From NCBI RefSeq assembly GCF_006345805.1, contig NC_043010.1, positions 27,466,001-27,530,000 on the forward strand: DNA of 64,000 nucleotides, read 5' to 3'. The stretch's first letter is position 1. Every line of letters starts with the position of its first letter. The translations under genes and the position numbers were made by a program. Source of the DNA: Octopus sinensis. Lineage: Eukaryota. This document shows, piece after piece, positions 25,951 to 38,937 of the stretch. The notes beneath the pieces were generated by a model. That model ran no database searches and had not been told where the DNA came from. It was given only the letters and a program-made list of their open reading frames with translations.

Positions 25951-26201
25951 TGTTTCGTTCAACATCCCTAAACAACCCTTATTCAGGGACCTTTCGAGCG
26001 GGTTGGGTTACTCGACGAGAAGAAAATTCTAACTGGGCCCCACCTCCAAGGTCATGTGCTGTTTATCTTGATATGAGATTACCATGTCGCGCACATATGT
26101 GCCTAGTGTACCCTTATCAGACGGGTAGTCATGATGGGTATACAGGGCTTCGTATATTTTACCCCAGTGTCACTTTGATGGCATGCACTGCTCTCTCACT
26201 C
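25951..26201 (+). mobile_element. 3' end fragment of an unidentified retroelement in (AAT)n
   Basis: Last ~110 nt match the tail of the SINE at 9430-9540; upstream part does not; (AAT)n on both flanks. Confidence 0.6.
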
Positions 26202-26451
26202 AATAATAATAATAATAATAATAATAATAATTGTTTCTACTTTAGACACAACGCTTGAAATTCTGGGGGAGTAATGTGTTAGTCAATTACTTCGATCCCA
26301 GCACTCAACCGATACTTTATCTGTCAACCCCGAAAGGATGGAAGGCAAAGTCGACTTCGGCGCAATTTGAACTCAGAACGTAAAGACGGACGAAATGCCA
26401 CCATGCATTCTGCCCAGCGTGCTTAATGAACTCTACCAGGCTCACCGTCTT

Positions 26452-26500
26452 GATGATGATGACGATAATGACGATGATAATGATGATGATGACGATGATA

Positions 26501-26561
<61 letters not shown>

Positions 26562-27043
26562 CGATGATAATGATGATAATGATGATGATGATGACGATGA
26601 TAATGATGATGATGATGACGATGATGACGATGATGACGATGATGATGATGATAATGATGATGATGACGGTGATGATGATGATATTTTATTTGCCACAACG
26701 GTATCAGAGGAAGAGGGCATTACAAAACAACAATATAACAATAATATTAATAACTGCCGTTGTTGTTGTTGCTATTATTGCCGTTGTCCTCCATGTTACA
26801 GCCACCAACACACCGCCTCCTCCCCCTCCTGCTCTATCGTCAGCGATGCTATTGTGATTCATTGTAATTGGCAGTCAGAATGTTATTGATCTTGTTGTTC
26901 TTGTCACTGTCACTGTTGCTGTTGTTGTTGTTGTTGTTGTTATAAGTGCTGTTACCGATGTCGTCGGTGTCATTGTTGTTGCTGCGACACCTCTTCCATC
27001 ATGAAAAGCTGGAAACACACTAGTAGTAGTAGTAATAGTAGTG

Positions 27044-27092
<49 letters not shown>

Positions 27093-27121
27093 CAGTAGCA
27101 GCAGTTGTTGTAGTAGTGGTT

Positions 27122-27170
<49 letters not shown>

Positions 27171-27230
27171 AAGTAGTAGTAGTAATAGCAGCAGCAGCTG
27201 TAGTAGTAGTAGTAGTAGTAGTAGTGATAT
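26452..27230. repeat. Adjacent (GAT)n, (GTT)n and (AGT)n microsatellites; GGT-rich low complexity continues 27360-27815
   Basis: Directly visible. Confidence 0.95.
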
Positions 27231-28673
27231 TATTTGCCATTAGGTTTTCCCTTGCAAGACGGCAGGGTGCACTTCGAAGAACCTTAGACTGCCATTTCTA
27301 GCAAGTCGAACAGCCATATAAGAAGCTCTCTACCAGGAGTATTTCCTTGAGCTGTTGTTGTTAGTGGTGGTAGTGACAGTGGGGTTGGGGTCACGGCAGT
27401 GTTTGTGGCGATGTTGGTGGTAGTGGTGACGGTGGTTACAGGGAGCAGTGTGGTGGTGGTGGTCGTGGCAGTGGCGGCGGTGGTGGAAGCATTGGTGGTA
27501 GAGGTGGTGGTGGTGGGGACAGTGGGGTTGGGGCTACAGGTGTTGGTGGCGGTGGTGATGATGCTAACATAGGGCGGCGGTGGTGGCGGTGACAGGGGGC
27601 AAGTGATGGTGGTGGCGATGACAGGGGCAGTGTGGTGGTGGTGGTGGTGTCGGTGATAGGGGGCAGTGTGGTGGTGGTGGTAACAGTGGGGCTGGGTCCA
27701 CGGTGGTGTGGGTAGCGGTGGCGATGGTGGTGACAGAGGGCGGCAGTGGTGGCGGTGACAGGGCGGTGTGGTGGTGGCAGTGGTGTCATTTGTTGTAGTG
27801 GTGGTAGTGGTTACCTCGAGCCTGACCCAGTACAGACGCATTTACAGAGGCGTTCCAACCGTGACCATCAGAATTTTTTATTTTTCAAGCAATGTATTCA
27901 GGATTACATTACCCATTGGATAATGTCATCCTGGATACATTCTAGCCTTCCACTTTTTAAGAAAGCAAGAAGCGTTTTGTAAGAAATTTGGCTGCTATTT
28001 CTTGCAATTCGTGCGACTACAGAGAAGACCACTCATTCTGCCATCTTATATTTCTGTTGTTATTGATGTCGTCGAAGTCGGTGTGTTGTTGTCGGTGTCG
28101 TTGTTGTCTGCGATGTTGCTGTTTGCGATGCTGTTGTTTAACCCCGGGTCAAGTCTCATTCAACCTGATTTCATGGTATCAAAGGAAATCCATGCAGCTC
28201 CGTGCCGTCGCCTTCGATTTATCAAAAGACTCTACGTAAGAAACGAAATAACCAAATGTGACGTCATCGATGCGATATGATTAGATGTGACACGATGTCA
28301 GCAAATATGACGTAAGAAGATATGAAAATGATGTATGAAGCAGAAGGCCTGTAAATACAGCACAATGCACTTGTGATGTGAGCAAAACTGATCTGACGAA
28401 ATACGGTCTGTCATAGAATAACATTTATGATAATTAAAGAAGATTGTAATTAAACGAACTAGTGAGCTCAATTAGCTTTCGTTACTGACGCGTTAGCACT
28501 GCTTTGTTTCAATGAGATACTGTGATATAGAATATATTTATACAGTCATAGATTTTTAAACTAAAAACATATACAAATGTAAATGCTCTGGCTGTCTGTC
28601 TGTCTGCCTGTCTGTCTGTCTGTATATCTCTCTCCCCAGTCTATATATGTATATAATATACTATACCATAATG

Positions 28674-28786
<113 letters not shown>

Positions 28787-28789
28787 GGC

Positions 28790-29420
28790 AGACGTGTGCT
28801 TGTGTGGCAAGAAGCTTGCTTATCAGCCACGTGGCTCAGGGTCAGCTCCACTGTGTGGCAACTTGGGCAGATGTCGTGTACTATAGCTCCGAGCCAACCA
28901 AAGACATATGAAGGGATTTGGTAGACGGAAACTGAAAGAAGCCCGTCCGGCGAACTGGCAGAATCGTTAGCACGCCGGGCGAAATGCGTAGCCGTATTTC
29001 GTCTGCCGTTACGTTCCGAGTTCAAATTCCGCCGAGGTCGACTTTGCCTTTCATCCTTTCGGGGTCGATAAATTAAGTACCAGATACGCACTGGGGTCGA
29101 TGTAATCGACTTAATCCGTTTGTCTTTGTTTGTCCCCTCTGTGTTTAACCCCTTGTGAGTAGTAAAGAAATATATATATATATGTGTGTGTGTGTGTGTT
29201 TGTATGTGTGTGTGTGTGTGCGCGCGCGCGTGAGAGTGTCTTTGTGCTTGTCCTTCAATCAGCGCTTGACAACCGGTGATGGTATGTTTACGTCCCCAAA
29301 CAGACCGATAGAATAAGTACTGGGCTTTAAAAAATAAGTCCTAGGAACGATATATTCGACTAAAACCCTTCAAGGCGGTACTCCAGCATGGCGCAGTCAA
29401 ATGACTGAAGGCTGAAACAA
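28790..29420 (+). mobile_element. SINE family B with a SINE family A copy nested at ~28946-29170
   Basis: B head ends GAAAGAAGCCCGT, followed directly by the A head; B tail resumes at ~29225. Confidence 0.75.
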
Positions 29421-29439
29421 ATATAAGAATATATATATG

Positions 29440-29489
<50 letters not shown>

Positions 29490-29736
29490 CGTGCGTGCGC
29501 GTGTGTGTGTGTGTGTGTGTGTACGCGTGGAGGCGCAATGGCCCAAAGGTTAGGGCGTGGACTCGCGGTCGTTGGATCGCGGTTTCGATTCCCAGACCGG
29601 GCGTTCTGAATGTTTATTGAGCGAAAACTCCTAAAAGCTCCACGATGCTCTGGCAGGGGATGGTGTGCGTGCGTGTGTGTGTGTGTGTGTGTACACATAC
29701 ACACACACACACATATATTCTTTTGCAATATTACTA

Positions 29737-29925
29737 TCAGTCTGAACATACTTGATGTACGTTCGAACTGTGGAACAAGCGACTAACTGCATTTTGTCAC
29801 GTAGAATATACTTTGCTTGTTGACAAACGGTGTGTATACACCTAGATCAGCTCGCAGCGCCGCCTACCTAGACTGTGAGTAGCTTGTTCCCCAGTTCGAA
29901 CGTGCACCAAGTATATTCCGACTGA
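29737..29925. mobile_element. MITE-like element, ~190 bp, ~47-bp imperfect TIRs
   Basis: TCAGTCTGAACATACTTGATGTACGTTCGAACTGTGGAACAAGC pairs with GCTTGTTCCCCAGTTCGAACGTGCACCAAGTATATTCCGACTGA; TA on both sides. Confidence 0.75.
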
Positions 29926-30421
29926 TAATAACACTGCAAGTTCACTTCTCACTGCTTTGCGCTCCCCACCACATAATATATTCTTTTATTCTTTTAATCG
30001 TGTCAGTCATTTGATTGCGGCCAGGCTGGAGCACCGACTTAAAGGGATTTCTAGTGGAAGAAATCGACCCCAGGAATTATTCTTTGAAAGCCTAGTACTT
30101 ATTTTATCGGGGTCTTTTGCTGACGCGCTAGATAACGGGGTCGTAAACACACCAATACTGTGCGATCAGGCAGCAACGTCAGGTGGTGCAATCCCCGGTG
30201 TGGTGCTTATCCGATGCACGGCTGGGGAGGAGGCGAGCATGAAAGCTGTGGAGGCGACCCAGATGAAGTCGACTACTGCTGTAATAACTTCATTCACGGG
30301 CGTTGCTGACATTTTGCATGGGAAGTTGTCAGAGATGGTCTTTCTCGGTTACAAATGGACAGCCATTATCATATATATATATATATATACGCGAGAAAGA
30401 AGCAACAAGAATGAATAGGTT

Positions 30422-30506
30422 TTTAGTACGATCGTTTCATACAAGGACAGGTTTATTAAAATTGCAAAGATTACAGTATAAACGATTCCCGTACTCATCA
30501 GCTAAA
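30422..30506 (-). ncRNA. Type I hammerhead ribozyme motif, left arm
   Basis: Minus strand TTTAG-CTGATGA-GTACGGGA...TCCTTGTAT-GAAAC-GATCGT-A-CTAAA: 5-bp stem I, extended stem II, ACGATCGT palindromic stem III, GUA triplet. Confidence 0.8.
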
Positions 30507-30691
30507 ATACATGTAAGTTCTCTAGACATCCTAGTGTTTGAGATACTCAGATATGTAGATAATTAACAGATTTCTATCTAAAGTTCATTAAGTCTTTAAA
30601 GATGAACTTTATGAACTTAGAATCTGTTTATTATCTACATTACTTCATGAGTATGCGCCTAAAACTAGGATGTCTATAGAACTTACATGTA

Positions 30692-30775
30692 TTTAGCTGA
30701 TGAGTACGGGATCGTTTATATGCTGTAATCTTTGCAATTTAATAACCTGTCCTTGTATGAAACGATCGTACTAAA
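30692..30775 (+). ncRNA. Type I hammerhead ribozyme motif, right arm
   Basis: TTTAG(30692-96)-CTGATGA(30697-703)-GTACGGGA...TCCTTGTAT-GAAAC(30759-63)-GATCGT-A(30770)-CTAAA. Confidence 0.8.
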
Positions 30776-30926
30776 AACCAGCATTCTGTTGCTTCTTTCG
30801 CGCTATAATCACCCCCCACATTACTGTATTGTTAATCAGTATATGTTTTTTTTGGTGCATCAAGTTAGGTACCTATTATTAAATTTTTAAATTAACTTGA
30901 ATCTTTATTGCTCTTGTATATATATA

Positions 30927-31042
<116 letters not shown>

Positions 31043-31230
31043 ATATATATATGTAATTATATATATATGTATATATAATGTTATATATATATATATATGT
31101 ATGTATTATATATGTAATATATATATATATATATATGTATATAGATATATATGTATATATATTATATACATATATATATATATATACATTATATACATAT
31201 ATATTCTAGAATAAAATATATATATATATA

Positions 31231-31397
31231 GGCGTAGGAGTGGAGCTGTGTAGTAAGTAGCTTGCTTACGAACCATATGGTTCCGGGTACAGTCGCACCG
31301 CGTGGCACCTTCGGCAAGTATCTTCTATTATAGCCTCGGGCCGACCAAAGACTTGTGAGTGGATTTGGTAGACGGAAACTGAAAGAAGCCCGTCGTA

Positions 31398-31435
<38 letters not shown>

Positions 31436-32185
31436 AGGTCCCTTTCGAGTGCTACTGGTAACATGTAACCCAGAACAACCTGTTGCATCGTCGGGTCGTC
31501 GGCGACTAAACCGGCAACCCCACCAAGCTTGCTTGGTAAGGAGGGTGTTTATCGGACACCCTGTGGGATGAAAAACAAAAAAGGGTGGAGGATTCTTGAG
31601 AGTCAACGGCCATCCAATAAATGTTTTAAGGCTGTATCATGCGCGGGGACATAGAAATATTCGGACTGAATACCCGATCGCGCAGTTAAACCATTGGGAG
31701 TGAAGGACTCCTAGCCTTTGTTAGGGCATCCTTCAATGAGAAGGTAACTCAGGTAACTGGGATAACTCCAACATAAAACCGTCAGTGGTTACCGATGATG
31801 TTGACTTGCTCTTCTTTTCGGATTATGGCTGCTGTTGCTTAGTGAGTGGGATTGACTCAGTGCACAGCCTTTCCTCACTTTAAAAAAGTCTCCTTGCACA
31901 GACATTGCACGATAACAACATTGATTAAGCTTCGTGCAATGGCCATACTCGATAACGAGGGGGCAGCCACCATATATATATATGTTTGTGTGTCTGTGTT
32001 TTCCCCACAACATCGCTTGACAACCGATGCTGGTGTGTTTACGGTTCCGTAACTTAGGGCTTCGGCAAAAGAAACCGATAGAATAAGTACTAGGCTTACA
32101 AAGAATAAGTCCTGGGGTCGATTTGCTCGACCAAAGGCGGTGCTCCAGCATGGCCACAGTCAAATGACTGAAACAAGTAAAAGAG

Positions 32186-32190
<5 letters not shown>
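31231..32190 (+). mobile_element. SINE family B interrupted at its internal (TA)n by the ~550-bp element
   Basis: Head GGCGTAGGAGTGGAGCTGTGTAGTAAG 31231-31397, tail 31985-32190; ATTCTAGAATAAAAT at 31203-31217 and 32266-32280 may be a TSD. Confidence 0.8.
31431..31972 (+). repeat. Unclassified ~550 bp interspersed non-coding element, copy 2
   Basis: Starts ATGCCAGGTCCCTTTCGAGTGCTACTGG and ends GATAACGAGGGGGCAGCCACCA; (TA)n on both sides. Strand label is arbitrary. Confidence 0.85.
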
Positions 32191-32217
<27 letters not shown>

Positions 32218-32559
32218 TGTATGTATGTATACATACATATACTCTTTTTATTATGTAGGTCAATCATTCTAGAATAAAATCAAAACCTTTGTCCGATATT
32301 GTTCAAATTTTTACACATATAGCATTATGTGTCCCATGTCTCATATACTTTTCGTCGAAATAGGTGTACATTTAAAGCGGGAATGAAGAAAATCACGTTT
32401 ATAGAGTGTTTCTTTTTATTATGCAAGTTAACAAATATTATATAAACTACATGTAATGTGATTTACATATAGAACGATACATAACCAGACCAATTAATAT
32501 ATACGTCTATCTTCCACCATACATTTATATTTACAAACAATTCTGTATATATTTACATC

Positions 32560-32940
32560 TTTATATAGCCTCCTTTACCATCTGTAACTTTAAATATTCT
32601 CTCATCAACTGATTTTTATCAATTTCTCAACAATCTCACTTTTAATATTACTTGCAGCAGTCTTTATCACTTCCCATAGTAAGTCCTTGTTTGGATATTG
32701 TTTACCATTAGAATATACATCTTTTTTAATAAATGCCCACAAATTCTCTATTGGGTTCAGATCTGGAGACTGAGCTGGGGACATTTCATTATCTTACGTT
32801 CTTTGAAACCTTTCTTAGTTAAATGGTTAATAGTGAGTTTGGCAGAGTGTGAAGGGTCATTATCATGCATAAATACGGTCTTTAACTTGAAACGTCACGG
32901 CGTTGACTTGTACCAATGGAAGAAGTTGTCATCTAGTAAC
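32560..32940 (-). mobile_element. Tc1-type transposase C-terminal fossil (D..E spacing about 37, frameshifted)
   Basis: VFMHDNDPSHSAK...(fs)PAQSPDLNPIENLWAFIKKDVY...GKGGYI. Confidence 0.8.
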
Positions 32941-33183
32941 TCCCAATAACACACACACACACATATATATTACTCAAAGAAATTCCAACTTTGATGTTCA
33001 CATTTTATTTACAATCTTTTTAATAATATAATATAAGATAACACAATAGAATGAAATGATAGAATAGTAAATGTCCATTCTGATTGAACTGGTACTTTCA
33101 TGCATTAAACCATGCAATCTTCAGATTCATGTAATAGTGGTGTGTGACAGTTATGTTTTACAATTTACAACTGTGTGTGCGCC

Positions 33184-33242
<59 letters not shown>

Positions 33243-33500
33243 ATATATATATATATAAATATATTGTCTTAGCCCGTTTGCTTTCGGGCGGTTGATTTCT
33301 GTAGTTATTATCAGTGTATTTTGGCGATTTAAATAAAAGTTTTCAGTTATTTCCAGCAGATAGAAGTACTGAGTATGTCGTTTGAGTAATTATTAATCCT
33401 TCAGCTATTTAATGCTTTTTGGGCCTGCAATCGCCTGTATCATTGAGTGTTATTATCATTTTTAAATTGTTACACTAGATAATAATAGAGTCAATTATAT

Positions 33501-34395
33501 TGTTACGACCGTCGCTCAACTCAACTCAAGACCCTAAGTCGAGCGACGACGTCTACGCTCAGTCAAACGGAAATCCACCACAGAAATCGGAGGGTGGGGG
33601 CAGCGAACGCAAACCAGTGACCGGAGACAACAACAACAAAGGAGAGAGACAGCGGAGGCAGTTGCTTACATTTAACATCAATTTATATAATTTTACAACA
33701 TCAATTAAACGTAATACATTTCAAATATATTTAAAAACAAAAGCATTTAACAATTCATAACTTTACAAAATCAATCAAACGTAATACATAAATCGACTTT
33801 TCTAAAACAATCTTTCTCTTTTCTTTTCTCCTCCTTCTCTTAGAGACACAGAGAGTTCGTTCTCAATTTTCTTTAAACATTTACAAGTTCTTTTATTTTT
33901 CTTAAACAGATTACACGTTCTTTTTACAGAGTCTCTTTTTCAAACATCATAATTCAACATTAAAGTCCAAAACACAAATCGAAACATAAACAACAATACT
34001 GAATATTTCTGAATCCACTATAGCAGTCCAGCTTCTTCGCATGTCATCTTCTTTCTACCTCTCGCCTGTCAATTCCCATTATTCTCTGCCTGTCTTCCTC
34101 GCCTCTTGCCAACTGTCATCACCTAGCTGGCTGTCTGCATCGACTCGCTGTCCCAACCGAACTCCTTTCCGACCCTTCGCTGTCTGATCCACTAACACCA
34201 GTTCGTCGCATTTTAAAGGGTGGCATTTTTTTGCAATTTTCCCTGGCCGTGTAAGGGTCAGAGGTACTTCCTAAACTCATTAATTTTAACCTTGCCGTTG
34301 ACAAGACAAAGAACCATTATTTTTTTCCCCTCCGGTTCGACTCCAACCAACGGAACTACGGCATAGTGCTTTCCCGTTTATTCATCTCCGTAACA
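33501..34395. mobile_element. Probable solo LTR (Gypsy-like), 895 bp
   Basis: Termini TGTTACG ... CGTAACA (TG..CA, 7-bp inverted repeat); flanks ATAT / CTAT fit a 4-bp TSD with one change; no internal coding region. Confidence 0.65.
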
Positions 34396-34442
34396 CTATC
34401 TTCGCAAAATTACTTTTTTCGTGAATTATTTGCTCCGTATTG

Positions 34443-34487
<45 letters not shown>

Positions 34488-34704
34488 CTATATATATAAT
34501 TCATACATACGTACACAAGCATACACATAATATATATATACAATATATCATATCATAATAAAGAATCCACCAAGGATTATAAGTAAAAAAAAAGGGCGGG
34601 ATGCTTCATTTCAGATACAGTAAGAAAAGTAATTTGACAATAACGAGGTGAGGTAAACGAAACAGTCACCCATACAGCAAGAGCTTCTTCATTCCATCCT
34701 CTCT

Positions 34705-35030
34705 GAGCTAGCAGAAACGTCAGCACGCGGAGTGAAATGCTTAGCGGTATTTCGTCTGCCGCTACGTTCTGAGTTCAAATTCCGCCGAGGTCGTATTTGC
34801 CTTTCGTCGATTAAATAAGTACCAGTTACGCACTGGGATCGATATAATAGATTTAATCCATTTGTCTGTCCTTGTTTGACCTCTCTGTGTTTAGCCCCTT
34901 GTGGGTAGTAAAGAAATAGGTATTTCGTCTGTCTTTACGTTCTGAGTTCAAATTCTGCCGAGGTCAACTTTACCTTTCATCATTTCAAGGTCGATAAATT
35001 AAGTACCGATCTAATTGACTGGACCCGTCC
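34705..35030 (+). mobile_element. SINE family A with tandem reiteration
   Basis: GGTATTTCGTC at 34746 and 34919 (173 bp plus an 11-bp deletion in the first unit = 184). Confidence 0.8.
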
Positions 35031-36386
35031 GCCAAATTTCCGGGTCTTGTCCCTCTCTCCTTCTCTCTTTCTCTCTCGCTGTCCTCTGTCTTCTTTATCT
35101 GCTTATCTAGATTTCTTTCTCTTCTCTTCCTCTCTCTCACTCGCTCACGCGCTCCCTCCCTGTTGAATGATAAAAGTGTAGTCAATATTGAATCACATTC
35201 ACTTGATCAAACTGTATGTTTCCTACAAAGGACAACAAGCTGAGTAACGTTAGCATGTCCCAAAATATATGAGACAGACTATAACAGGTCAAATAATAAA
35301 GTACCTGTATTTGCGTGTTTGCATTTTTGCATGTGTGTGTGCACGCACACACACGGACACGTGAATAATTTATGCACACACACTCAGCTATATTACATAT
35401 TTATGCAGTTATTATGAATAATGATATACAGATGTGTGTGTAAGAGTACGTTATACGTATGCGTGTGTGTATTTGTATGTACGTATACATACATATATAT
35501 ATATGTGTGTATGTGTGTGTGTGCGTGTGTGTGTGTGTGTGCATGTATGTATGCATATATGTATACTATACATACATACATGTACATGCATATATATATA
35601 TATATATATATATACAGAGAGATGGACGTGAACACATATATAGATACATACATTTATATAGACATGCATAATGAACATCGATAGAATATATATTGATATA
35701 TATTATTGATATTAATATTGATATATATATATATTGAAATATGAACATATATATTGCCTATAATATATGTAGAGATATACATCTATATATGATTATATAT
35801 AATTTGATATGTGTATATGTATATGTTATATATATTATATATATATATATAATATATATTATATATATATATAATGTATGTTTATATATATATATATACA
35901 TATACACATTTATAAATATATGTGTATATACACACGCACACATACTTATGCCTATGTGTGTGTATGTGTGTACATATATACATAATGCTCTTTATATTGG
36001 ATTGATGTTTGCATAATGGATAGCAAAGAGTGAGCATAAATATTGTAATATGTCAAGCGTACGAAATGTCGCCAGTAAAATCACACAACCAATACTTCCG
36101 TTGACAAAGAATCGCAATTTGTGGCAAACTCCATCATCTCCTAGCACCGGCGGAGAATATTTGAAGATATGCGTCATGTGTATTTATTGAAATGAGGGGA
36201 TTCTTCAATCACTGTTTAAGTTCATGTTGTTTAAGTGGTCTAAAGATACGTGACTGTTAATGGGCCAAACACACACACACACATATATACAAATATGCAT
36301 ACACATGCATATACGTGAATACATACACACATGCTAACATACATACGTTCATACATAGGTTTAGGAGTAGCTGTGTCGTAAGTATA

Positions 36387-36789
36387 GGCGTAGGAGTAGC
36401 TTTGTGGTAAGTAGCTTGCTTACGAACCACATGGTTCCGGGTTCAGTCCCACTGCATTACACCTTGGGCAAGTGTATTCTACTATAGCCTCGGGCCGACC
36501 AAAGCCTTGTGAGTGGATTTGGTAGACAGAAACTGAAAGAAGCTCGTCGTATATGCCTATATATATGTATGTGTGTATATATGTTTGTGTGTCTGTGTTT
36601 GTCCCCCCAACATCATTTGACAACCGATTCTGGTGTGTTTACGTCCCCGTAACTTAGCGCTTCGGCAAAAGAGACCGATAGAATAAGTACTAGGCTTACA
36701 AAGAATAAGTCCTGGGGTCGATTTGCTCGACTAAAGGCGGTGCTCCAGCATGGCCACAGTCAAATGACTGAAAAAAGTAAAAGAGTAAA
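36387..36789 (+). mobile_element. SINE family B, complete copy
   Basis: tRNA-like head (GGTTCAGTCCC B-box-like), CACCTTGGGCAAGTG CORE-like block, internal (TA/TG)n, tail ending AAAAGAGTA repeats. Confidence 0.85.
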
Positions 36790-36879
36790 AGAGTATACAT
36801 GCATATATACATACGTTCATACAAATATACATGCACACCGAAACAAGCAGTTACATGACTACGTATACACACACACACA

Positions 36880-37500
36880 CACATGCAATGGACACTGAGG
36901 AATATTCTAATAAAAACAGCAATCTGGTGCAAACACAACAAAGTTATGGTTGTTCTATGGGACAAGAAACAAAATTCATGAACTGTCGGAGAGGTCAGCT
37001 GCCCAACGGATGTGAACGAACCATCAAAATTTCAGCGAAAAGTGAACATTTATGGTGAAGTAGTGCAGAACTGCTTTCGTACCCTGGCAACAGATCTTCA
37101 GTTTTGACTATCATCATATATGCATTATTTTCTACTCTAGGCACAAGGCCCGAAATTTGGGGGCAGGGGCCAGTCGATTAGATCGACCCCAGTACGCAAC
37201 TGGAACTTAATTTATCGACCCCGAAAGGATGAAAGGCAAAGTCGACTCCGGCGGAATTCGAACTCAGAACGTAAAGACAGACGAAATACTGCTACGCATT
37301 TCGCCCGGCGTGCTAACATTTCTGCCAGCTCGCCGCCTTATATGCATTAGGCTATGTAACAACGGATTTGCACAAAAACCTTGAAATACTAGGATTTTTT
37401 AAAGAAAGAGAATGAAAAACTGACGCGCATCCTCCAATTCCAATCAATCAGCATCACGGTAAATATCTGTAAGACATTCCAAATATTCTCTGAGATTCTT
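36880..37500 (+). mobile_element. 3' RLE fragment of the older R4-like family, interrupted by a SINE
   Basis: VLWDKKQ...EVSCPTDVN and ALGYVTTDLHKNLEILGF...QSISITVNICKTF, homologous to 17480-17855. Confidence 0.65.
37128..37338 (-). mobile_element. SINE family A with 11-bp TSD
   Basis: TATATGCATTA at 37117-37127 and 37339-37349. Confidence 0.85.
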
Positions 37501-37668
37501 TATATAAATACAAGCACAAGTTTGGTTGTGTGCATTCACAGAGACATATATGTAAAAAAAAAAGTAATGCTGCATATATACACACGCGAACACCTACGTG
37601 CAAAAAGGACATGTTCACACAGAACATATGTACAGATACAGCTATCTCTCTATCTATCTATCTATCTA

Positions 37669-37707
<39 letters not shown>

Positions 37708-37842
37708 TCTCAGTCAACCACATATTTACAAACCCCGGGAACTGTCTCAACTACGAAAGTTTTGTCACTTTTCTGTTGAAAAATCTAATGAAAACCTCAA
37801 AGAAAACACACACAAATATATATATATAAATGTGTGTGTATA

Positions 37843-38739
37843 CGATGGGGTAACAAAAAGTAACTGGAAACATTTTCTGTGGGACAAGCCCGTTGTAGTT
37901 CCGGCTTCCACCCGTTGAAGCCCTTTTGATGCGACCCCCAAGCACCGGTCTGCCAACCGGCGTTCTCCGGTGGGTTCATACTGCCACGTGGTGCGTCTTT
38001 GCTTTGTAGTGTTTTTCTCCTGTTCGTCGATTTTTGCGATGGCTGAAACGAAGGACCAGCGTGCTTCCGTGAAATTCTGCTGGGGAAATCGGCGACCGAA
38101 ACAGTTGTCATACTTCAAACAGCTTACAAGGATTCGGCCATAAGGAAAACACAAGTTTACGAGTGGTTTTCACTCTTTAGAATGGTTACTTATCGCTTGA
38201 GGACCAACCTCGTTCAGGGCCACTGTCGACTTCCTGAACGATTAAAAACATCACGAGAATTCATGAACTGATCTGGAAAGACCTTCACCGAACAATTTAC
38301 AGTCTTGTTGATATGACTGGTGTATCTTGAAGCTCCAGCCAACGAATTTTGAGCGAAGAATTGCAAATGAAAAGAGTTGCAGCAAAATTTGTGCCTCGCT
38401 TGCTCAAGGAAGATGGAAAGCAGTCGCGACCGAATGCGTGCCGTGAACTGAAAGAACAGTTGGAAGTTGATCCAAACCTTTTTTCGAAGATCATCACTGG
38501 TGACGAAAGATGGTGCTACGGAATTTGCAGATGTGGAAGATTTGACAAAAAAAAAAACACGGCGGCGTAGAAAGGCATCACTTCGCAAGAGTTCCAGCAC
38601 GGTTTTGAACAGTGGAAAATGCGCCTGGACCGATGCATTGCTTCAAATGGAGAACGCTTTGAAGGCGATAGAAGTGTAAATATGTAAAACTATGTGAATA
38701 AAATAATGCAAAATATCAGTTTCTTTTGGGTACTCCCCG
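37843..38739 (+). mobile_element. Internally deleted mariner element, ~900 bp
   Basis: TA-flanked imperfect TIRs CGATGGGGTAACAAAAAGTAACTG / CAGTTTCTTTTGGGTACTCCCCG. AAKFVPRLL and IITGDERWCYG are followed directly by the C-terminal FADVE...FEQWKMRLDRCIASNGERFEGD; the 2nd and 3rd catalytic Asp are missing. Confidence 0.85.
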
Positions 38740-38845
38740 TATACATATATATGTGTATAGATATATCATATATACACATACGATGATCTTAACGGAACGG
38801 TAAATTATATACATACACGCATACAAATAAATAAATAATTGAATC

Positions 38846-38937
<92 letters not shown>

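Larger units (their letters stand above)
30388..30805. mobile_element. ~420-bp palindromic element, each arm carrying a hammerhead (probable inverted Penelope pLTR pair)
   Basis: 30388-30590 is the reverse complement of ~30605-30805 with scattered indels. Confidence 0.85.

Noticed and set aside
26395-26889. Asp-rich 164-aa ORF resembling acidic biomineralisation proteins
   Set aside because: It is a (GAT)n tract open in several frames and on both strands, starting inside a SINE; no signal peptide or splice context.
13208-28400. Other CTGANGA words (13208, 21337, 24177, 28390; also 381, 3515, 8721)
   Set aside because: No correctly placed GAAA after a stem II, or inside coding transposon sequence; not counted as ribozymes.
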